Below are positions 56,674 to 64,000 of a stretch of DNA of 64,000 bases, in pieces. The notes under the pieces were generated by a model, which saw only the letters and a list, made by a program, of their open reading frames with translations, made no database searches and was not told the DNA's origin. Each line of letters opens with the position of its first letter. Position 1 is the stretch's first letter. Origin of the DNA: Antedon mediterranea (taxonomy: Eukaryota; Animalia; Echinodermata); NCBI RefSeq assembly GCF_964355755.1, contig NC_092677.1:27391175-27455174 (forward strand), read 5' to 3'. A program made the translations under genes and the position numbers.

Positions 56674-59094
56674 CTGTTAAGAAAACAAACAAGATAATCG
56701 TTAGTTTTAGCAGATCTGATAATCTCTAGGCCCCATATTAGTACTGTATGGGCTGTGTCACACAAAAACACTACACAGGCGTCCCGTTGCCAGGCAATAT
56801 ATGTATTGATGGCGGCCCTCTAGGCCGCCTAGGCCTAGCCTAGGATAGGATAGTAAGGGATTCCCAGTAATAAGTAGGCTAGCTAAGCTGGGCCTACCCT
56901 CTTTCGGATTTATTGAATAAATAATGAGAGGATTATAATAACCTTGCTAACTTTATTCATTATTTAAAATTAACGTATTCTAGGCCTATCTGTTACATAT
57001 TCTACAAATGTTGATTGATTTTGCACCCGCGGGCTGACTATTATCACCTAACAAGTATGGCACGCCTAATGAGCCACAAAGTTGGGTCAGGCATGGAGGT
57101 ATTTTAGGCTCCCTCACAACCCCCTCTGGAGAACCATTAAAAAAAAATTATCAAAAAAGATCCGCCATAGACTTAGGTTGCAGAACATTGTCCCAGAATT
57201 AAAGAAGGAAGTATAGAAAAAATGATAAAAATGATGCCTCACACAAATTCGGCATGTCTCACATACCTGATCGTACTTTGTCAATGATAATAAAGAGCCA
57301 CAACAAAAACATTGCTTATTGAACAGGTCTTACATACATACTACTGTATGCGCATGCCCAGTTTACAAATTTACATTTTTTCTTTTCTCTTAGTAAACTA
57401 TAAGCTTCCGCATGATACAGTTTCCTAATACTTCCGTCCACTTGAACATAACTGCCTAAAGATGCGGTGCAAAAATCCTTATCCACTATTAGTTAGCAGT
57501 CTAATTATTCTAGCGTCCTCTGGGCTGTAATTGAAGGCATAATAGGCACTTATATTATAATGACTAAAAAAATAACATTCAATCAATAAATGCATATTGA
57601 TTTTAACTTTATTACCAATATCATAGAGATATTATAATATCTCTATGCCAATATTAAACTGCCCAAAAATACAAGAAAGATTTACTGAGATTGCTTCAAG
57701 TATTCCTTGCAAAAGGCTTGATAATGCAGCACAATAGAAATATTAAAAAATAAATTTACATTTTCCTCCTGGCCATTTGTTGGCGGCCGTCATTCGTGAT
57801 AAAAACACTAATAAGGCACAAACAACTAATCTTCATGTAAGGCAATATGAAATAACGCACATTTGGCAACGATTAATTTATAATCACAATTATCTTCCAT
57901 AATTCATCAATTGTGGTTGTGATGATTTGGTCACACCTCCGGTCACACCTTCAGGTGCTGGGCATTTAATTTAAATTATCCATAATCCATATTTTATAAT
58001 AACCATTTTTGTTATAATTTAAAATTTCTTTTTATTTATTATAATAAAATGAACAATTACAAAATAAATATATACCTTAATACATACTACTACCAATACT
58101 TGAATGTTAAAGAATATTTATAAACTGTAAATTTATAAAATACAATCAATGATTTCCAAACAAACTTTAAACTAACTTAATAAACAAATTGAATATAATA
58201 CAGATATTGCCTGCTTATATATAGAATATACATATAATAAAATATGTAACTGATTTGCTATATTGTTACGATAATCTAATTACTGATTTATTTTGTTGTG
58301 CTTTTTTATATTCCTCCATGATTTTATGATTATATAAAGCGCCTTGGCCCTATGAACATGTTCAGTAATGAAGTGTGTTATTTATTTATGTATTTATTAT
58401 TAAAATATAACAAAATCATATTTTAAAATATTGTATGGTAAATAAAACTGTCATTATTATATTTATTTAGCAACAATCATTGCGATCATAAACTTGTTAT
58501 GGCCAGCCATCACTCAGGAACATTCATGAAAATAGGAATAACAAAATAAAGATGCTAAACACATTTTTCCATCTTTTTACTCCAGTTTTGCGGAAATATT
58601 GTACTAGTATACTGAACTGCATAGTAAATATACTGCTGTAGTTGCAAATGACAATCCCACCAATTCCTACTTTTTTATTATAAAAAAACAATTTTTTCCT
58701 CGAAAAAAGCTTAATACAAAGTAGGCTACAATACAAAGAAGGGTTGTAAACTCTACTGATGTTTAATTATAAATGGTAACCATAGTTACAACGTACATGA
58801 CTTTCATATAATGCCATTTCTGCATCATGTATGTCTTGAGAGCGATGTAGGTTTATACAACTTGTTGCAAACTACAGTACTGGCCGAAAAACTAATTTCC
58901 TGGAAAGGATGATATTGAAGATGCAATAGTAACAAAAGATCCAGAAAAATAATAATGTGTAACTCCAAAAGATTCCTAAAAAACTCTCTGGAGCTAGTCA
59001 TATTATTATATAGTAGGAAAGAAGTTGTTGGGAAATTGTCCGGTTTTCAGAAAGCTTTGTGCTCAGCAGCAGGTATGTTGAAGAATGTTCCTTT

Positions 59095-62000
59095 CTAATT
59101 ATTAGTTGCATAGGCATTTGGTGGCAGCTGATACATTGTTGACTCCATATCTTTGACAACTTTTTCATTCTCTTTGCTTAGGTGTTCTTTAATGGTCTCG
59201 TCATCTTTAAATGGCGATGCTTTAAACTGTTTACTAATTTTCTCGCGTTGCTATATAAAACAAAACAAAGTAAAAGATGATAATATAGTTGGATCCAATC
59301 AATCTACGCCCCCCCCCCCCTCGACAAAGTAAAAGATGATAATATAGTTGGATCCAATCAATCTACGCCCACCCCCCTCGACAAAGTAAAAGATGATAAT
59401 ATAGTTAGATCCAAACATTCTACGCCCCCCACCCCCTCCACAAAGTAAAAGATGATAATATAGTTGAAATAAATGAAATGTCACCTATGTTGTTGAAACG
59501 TAAATTTAGATCTTGGGCCCAACAAAAAAAGGGGTGTTGGGGAGTGGTAGAATTTAGTGTTAGAAGATGAAAAGATTTTCTCATAATACAGTATAGTATT
59601 TTTATGATACAGTATTCCACACATTCAATCAAATGAGTTAATGATTAGTAAAAGCAATAATGTTATGATACAAACGATTTTATTTGTCTTATTTATCATG
59701 ACATTTGATTTTAAAAATATTATCCTACAGTAGTGTAAATGTGTCTTTACTTACACTTGCTAATGTTGAATGTTGATAATCTTGCAACTGCTTCTGAAAG
59801 CCAAAATTAGGGTTTGCAACTTCTCTAGCAACACGAGCAGCTCGTAGACATTCCTGCCAAGTACAGTTTGTGACAGTCATCATGTACGCAACGGTTACCG
59901 TGACACTTCGTGAAACACCTGCTATGCTACAAATGACAACAGAGATGACGAAAGATAAATAATATTAAGATATTTGAAAGATAGCATTGCAATATGATGA
60001 GCCAGTACCTAGTCACATAGGTGATTCACCCAATCTAACAACAGGATGCTAAGCTCCAAAGATCAAAGGGTTTGTTCTACGCCCCTTAACAGATACCACG
60101 CGCCGCAGAGAATATGTACAACAATTAACTTTATATCTATTTCAGAAAATAAAATTGATCAGTAATTAAAAAATCCTGCCACATACCAATGAACTAAACA
60201 AGTCCCTCCATTCAGTCTGCATTCATGTATAAAGTTATTACATTCCTCAAAATGTTGTGATCTGGGAAACAAATTAAAAAAACCACAAAGTAATTATTAA
60301 AAGTATTGAAATTCACAATAAATCTGAAGCAACATATTGCATGGTGAATAAAAACTTAAATATTTAAAAATGTCATGTATTTCATACATGTCATCTGTTT
60401 TTATTATTTTTCAAAAGATTTTCTTGTTAAGTTATAATTTAAGCTTTTTACTTAAAAAAACACATACAGATTTTGATCAGGATGATCCGCTGCTGCTACA
60501 CACAAATACGTCATGTTCTGAAAAAGAAGAATTATAAATTTATATTGTTGCATGATGGTTCTTTTTAGCCAAGATTCCATGACATGAATACTAGTAATAT
60601 AATTGTATAAAGGTGTCCAATAAAAAAAGCATATTATCACTGTATTAAACGTTTAGTGACAATGAGTGTTAAGAATTAAAGTGAATTTGGAACAAAATTA
60701 GACTTGTTGTCCCAAATATTATTATTGTATCAAGAAGTACGTTATTCTGTGTTCACAGACTCACTGATAATAATGGCTTAGCGTTGTCGTGTATTGACAG
60801 TATGTGGCTAATAATGGCTTAGCGTTGTCGTGTATTGACAGTACGTGGCTAATAATGGCTTAGCGTTGTCATGTATTGACAGTATGTGGCTAATACTGTA
60901 ATGGCTTAGCGTTGTCGTGTATTCACAGACTCACTGTTAATAATGGCTTAGCGTTGTCGTGTATTGACAGTATGTGGCTAATCTTGTTGGCTTCTAGTTG
61001 TTCCACATCTTTTGCATCTGAAAGAAAAGAATACAAAATAATAATTTTCTCAGTACTCCAAAAAATTGTAAATAACTGATTGGCACTACTGAATACCTTT
61101 GCTTTGCTTTGGCAATGATTTGGTTTGGCAATGATTTGGTTTGGCAATGATTTGGTTTGGCAATGATTTGGTTTGGCAATGATTTTGTTTGGTACTGATT
61201 TGGTTTGGTACTGATTTGGATTGGTACTCATTTGGTTTGGTAATGATTTGGTTTGGTACTGCTTTGGTTTGGTACTGCTTTGGTTTGGTAATGATTTGGT
61301 TTGGTAATGATTTGGATTGGTAATGATTTGGATTGGTACTCATTTGGTTTGGTACTGATTTGGTTTGGTACTGCTTTGGTTTGGTACTGCTTTGGTTTGG
61401 TACTGCTTTGGTTTGGTAATGATTTGGTTTGGTAATGATTTGGATTGGTAATGATTTGGATTGGTACTCATTTGGTTTGGTACTGATTTGGTTTGGTAAC
61501 GATTTGGATTGGTAATGATTTGGATTGGTAATGATTTGGATTGGTACTCATTTGGTTTGGTACTGATTTGGTTTGGTAACGATTTGGATTGGTAATGATT
61601 TGGATTGGTAATGATTTGGATTGGTACTCATTTGGATTGGTACTCATTTGGTTTGGTAACGATTTGGATTGGTAATGATTTGGATTGGTAATGATTTGGA
61701 TTGGTACTCATTTGGATTGGTACTCATTTGGTTTGGTAATGATTTGGTTTGGTAATGATTTGGTTTGGTGCTGATTTGGTTTGGTGCTGATTTGGTTTGG
61801 TGCTGATTTGGTTTGGTGCTGATTTGGTTCGGTAATGATTTGGTTCGGTAATGATTTGGTTCGGTACCGATTTGGTTTGGTTCTATTCCTTCTATTTGGT
61901 AGGCCTACTGCTTTGTTACAGCGCATTGTGTACTAATCTATACATGTCATCAAAGTCACTGGTTATGTTAATTATTATGAAATTAAATTACTAACTACCC

Positions 62001-62551
62001 TCATTTATTTCTTACCTCGCATATTTCCAACATAAAGCCCAGGAAGTATCTAGACAAAATTGAAATAAATATTAATAATTATTATTGAGCTCCCTCAATA
62101 AAATCATCTCCATCATTATATTATTATTATCAACATTCTTTCAGTGAATCTTTAGAAATGATTCCAAACAAAATATTAGAAATGATTTCAATCCTCTTTT
62201 CTTTATTTAGCTTTAATTATTTCTACTGGTTGTTCAGGGGTGGGCAGTAATTATTTGACTACACAGATAAGGCATGGACTGGCTATGCCCCGTAGTTAAC
62301 TCCCCCGGTAGCTATACTTTACTAGGCCTAGGTCAACAGGCAGTCTGGTGGACGTGGGCTAGTATGGTACTACTACTACTACTAGGCCTAGTAGATAGCC
62401 GGCTAGCTATATAGGAAGACAGACAGGTTTACACTTGTTTTTTAGTACAATACTATATGTCATATGTACTACTCTACTGTACTACTGGGCCCTATACTAC
62501 TAGAGACAGGAAAATGACATTCGTACTCACCTGACTCATTCCTGAACCCAT
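59095..62551 (-). CDS. Atypical dual-specificity phosphatase, DUSP22/DUSP15-like; 7 exons
   Basis: Starts MGSGMSQ (myristoylation-type Gly2) at 62551-62531, then ILPGLYVGNMR, ISHILSIHD and AADHPDQNL. The catalytic motif VHCIAGVSRS is split across exons, followed by ANPNFGFQKQL. Stop TAG is at 59095-59097. DUSP22 and DUSP15 cannot be separated, so it is probably a co-ortholog of both. Confidence 0.9.
59266..59466. repeat. ~59-bp repeat with a C-run, about 3.3 copies, next to the DUSP last-exon acceptor
   Basis: CAAAGTAAAAGATGATAATATAGTTGGATCCAA...CTACGCCCCC units. Confidence 0.92.
60752..60982. repeat. 41-bp repeat derived from the 3' end of DUSP exon 3, including a second donor
   Basis: TAATGGCTTAGCGTTGTCGTGTATTGACAGTATGTGGCTAA units. 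TTCACAGACTCAC (the donor on the minus strand) occurs at ~60752 and ~60922. Confidence 0.93.
61100..61882. repeat. 15-bp (TTTGG)-based satellite with higher-order variants
   Basis: TTGGTTTGGTAATGA, TTGGATTGGTACTCA and TTGGTTTGGTGCTGA units. It accounts for the ORFs at 60994-61926. Confidence 0.95.
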
Positions 62552-63016
62552 CTTTTTGAACTATATTATTCGTCTGTTTACATCTTCCTAAATAAAAGGC
62601 CTACCTTCCACTTTCCAGAAGGAAATCCATACCTGCCCTGTAAAAAGTAAACAGAATCAATGAACCATGACGAAAGGTCAAAAGTGACAGTACGGTAGTG
62701 ACAAATGACAGATCATCATTTTTCATTTTTAGTAAGTACTTAACATTGTTTTAAAAACAATTAGTTATTATTAATTGTGAGGTAAGCAACATTTTGATTA
62801 ACAGAATTGTTTTTTTTATTGGACTTATGGAAGCCGAGGGGAGAATGAAGGATGAGAGGCGTGTAACATAACTCTTTATATCTGCATTATCAATTTATCT
62901 GATATCTGATAAGACCATCGGACCCGTCCATTTTGTCTAGCAGGGGGTTTTATACAAAATGTTTACCAATACACTATCTATTTTGTTTCAGATTAATTTT
63001 ATGTTAAACATCAAAT

Positions 63017-63774
63017 ATGTTCTCAGCAGTTCATGGACATAATGAGGCACAGAATATTTTGTACAAATTGGTCATCAAACCATTTCAAGAAAAAGGTATC
63101 GATTCCATGTGACATAAAAGTCTGGTTGATTTGGACCATCCTATTGGCCCGTGTCAGCTATTCTTAAACTTTGTTCCCACACTAATAAGGACGCATGGAC
63201 GTAAGCATAGCATAAATTCACCTGTGGGAACCAATATATAACACTTCTGACAATGTTTTAATCGGCCACCAGATCGGAATCATAGCTTTAAGCCTAACTT
63301 TTTTTAAATAAAATTACGAGTCATAAAAAAATTCTCGAATAAATTATGAATTTGATTCTTTTTTTAGAAGTGGTATCAGATGTTGTTAGTATTCTATTAA
63401 TTGGTGTAAGTATGTTCAGAACTACCTATAAATTCTGCATTAGTATAATAAATACAATTTACATACTGTATGAAGCTACTGCATAATTTACTATTCAAAA
63501 TTTCTTTATATTACAAGCAATTAGCAATTTAAATTATTATAAACACCGTAAACGATGAACTGTTTCAGGAATTGAAATTTAAGAGGCCTAAAACAAATTA
63601 TTTAAACAATTTTAATAGTAACTTTCCTTTTTCTTTGATCATCTAGCCTGCTGGGTGTGGCAAATCGTATCTTGTGAAAGCTTTAGCTGACGAACTTAAG
63701 GGTGTGGCTAGTTACCACCATCTTCATTCTTCAAGCATCATTGGTCACTCACACGAACAGGATGGACAGACTAA
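63017..63774 (+). CDS. AAA+ ATPase, 5' part (gene continues beyond the window)
   Basis: Exons at 63017-63095 (MFSAVHGHNEAQNILYKLVIKPFQEK), 63368-63405 (EVVSDVVSILLIG) and 63647-63774 (PAGCGKSYLVKALADEL...) splice in frame to give a Walker A motif, GPAGCGKS. Confidence 0.75.
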
Positions 63775-64000
63775 GTATCAAACAGAATCATTCATTTGGA
63801 TGTCATTAAAAAATTAAAATTTGTATGCATGAAATATATATTCAAACTATTATTACATCCGACCAAGATGCATCATTTATTTAATAACAATATACTGAAT
63901 TAGCCAAAAGTATTCATAAAATCTTCTGTTGGTAATGCGCTGGTATCTTTTATATATCGATAGAACTCTTTGTACATCACTCAATGAGATATTTCGTTTT

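Noticed and set aside
60994-61926. PNQ-rich ORFs
   Set aside because: They are translations of the 15-bp TTTGG satellite in a DUSP intron.
63096-63200. In-frame TGA read-through (selenocysteine) in the AAA gene
   Set aside because: A donor at 63096 removes the TGA and gives the correct phase.

Overview
AT-rich, intron-rich animal genomic DNA, most likely an invertebrate deuterostome such as an echinoderm (inferred from the gene set and a Deu-type SINE). Seven spliced genes can be read from the sequence: JARID2 (-), PIGT (+), SUPT16H/SPT16 (-), PDRG1 (+), TTLL9 (-), a DUSP22/DUSP15-like phosphatase (-) and the 5' end of an AAA+ ATPase (+). Six of them form three head-to-head pairs. The introns contain 11 copies of one ~120-bp MITE, a young Penelope-like retroelement, older Penelope remnants, three minimal hammerhead ribozymes, piggyBac- and hAT-like non-autonomous elements, tRNA- and Deu-SINEs, and many minisatellites. 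Main unexplained signals: (1) dense, sometimes stacked TA[CWG]TA and TA[CATG]TA insertions, which comparisons between repeat copies show to be insertions with the form of Tc1/mariner excision footprints, concentrated in JARID2 introns 1-2; (2) repeated tandem duplication of exon ends together with their 5' splice donors; (3) hammerheads in sense orientation in probable host transcripts; (4) a U12-type intron in TTLL9; (5) PDRG1-TTLL9-DUSP microsynteny shared with human. Exon coordinates were read by eye and may be off by a few bases.
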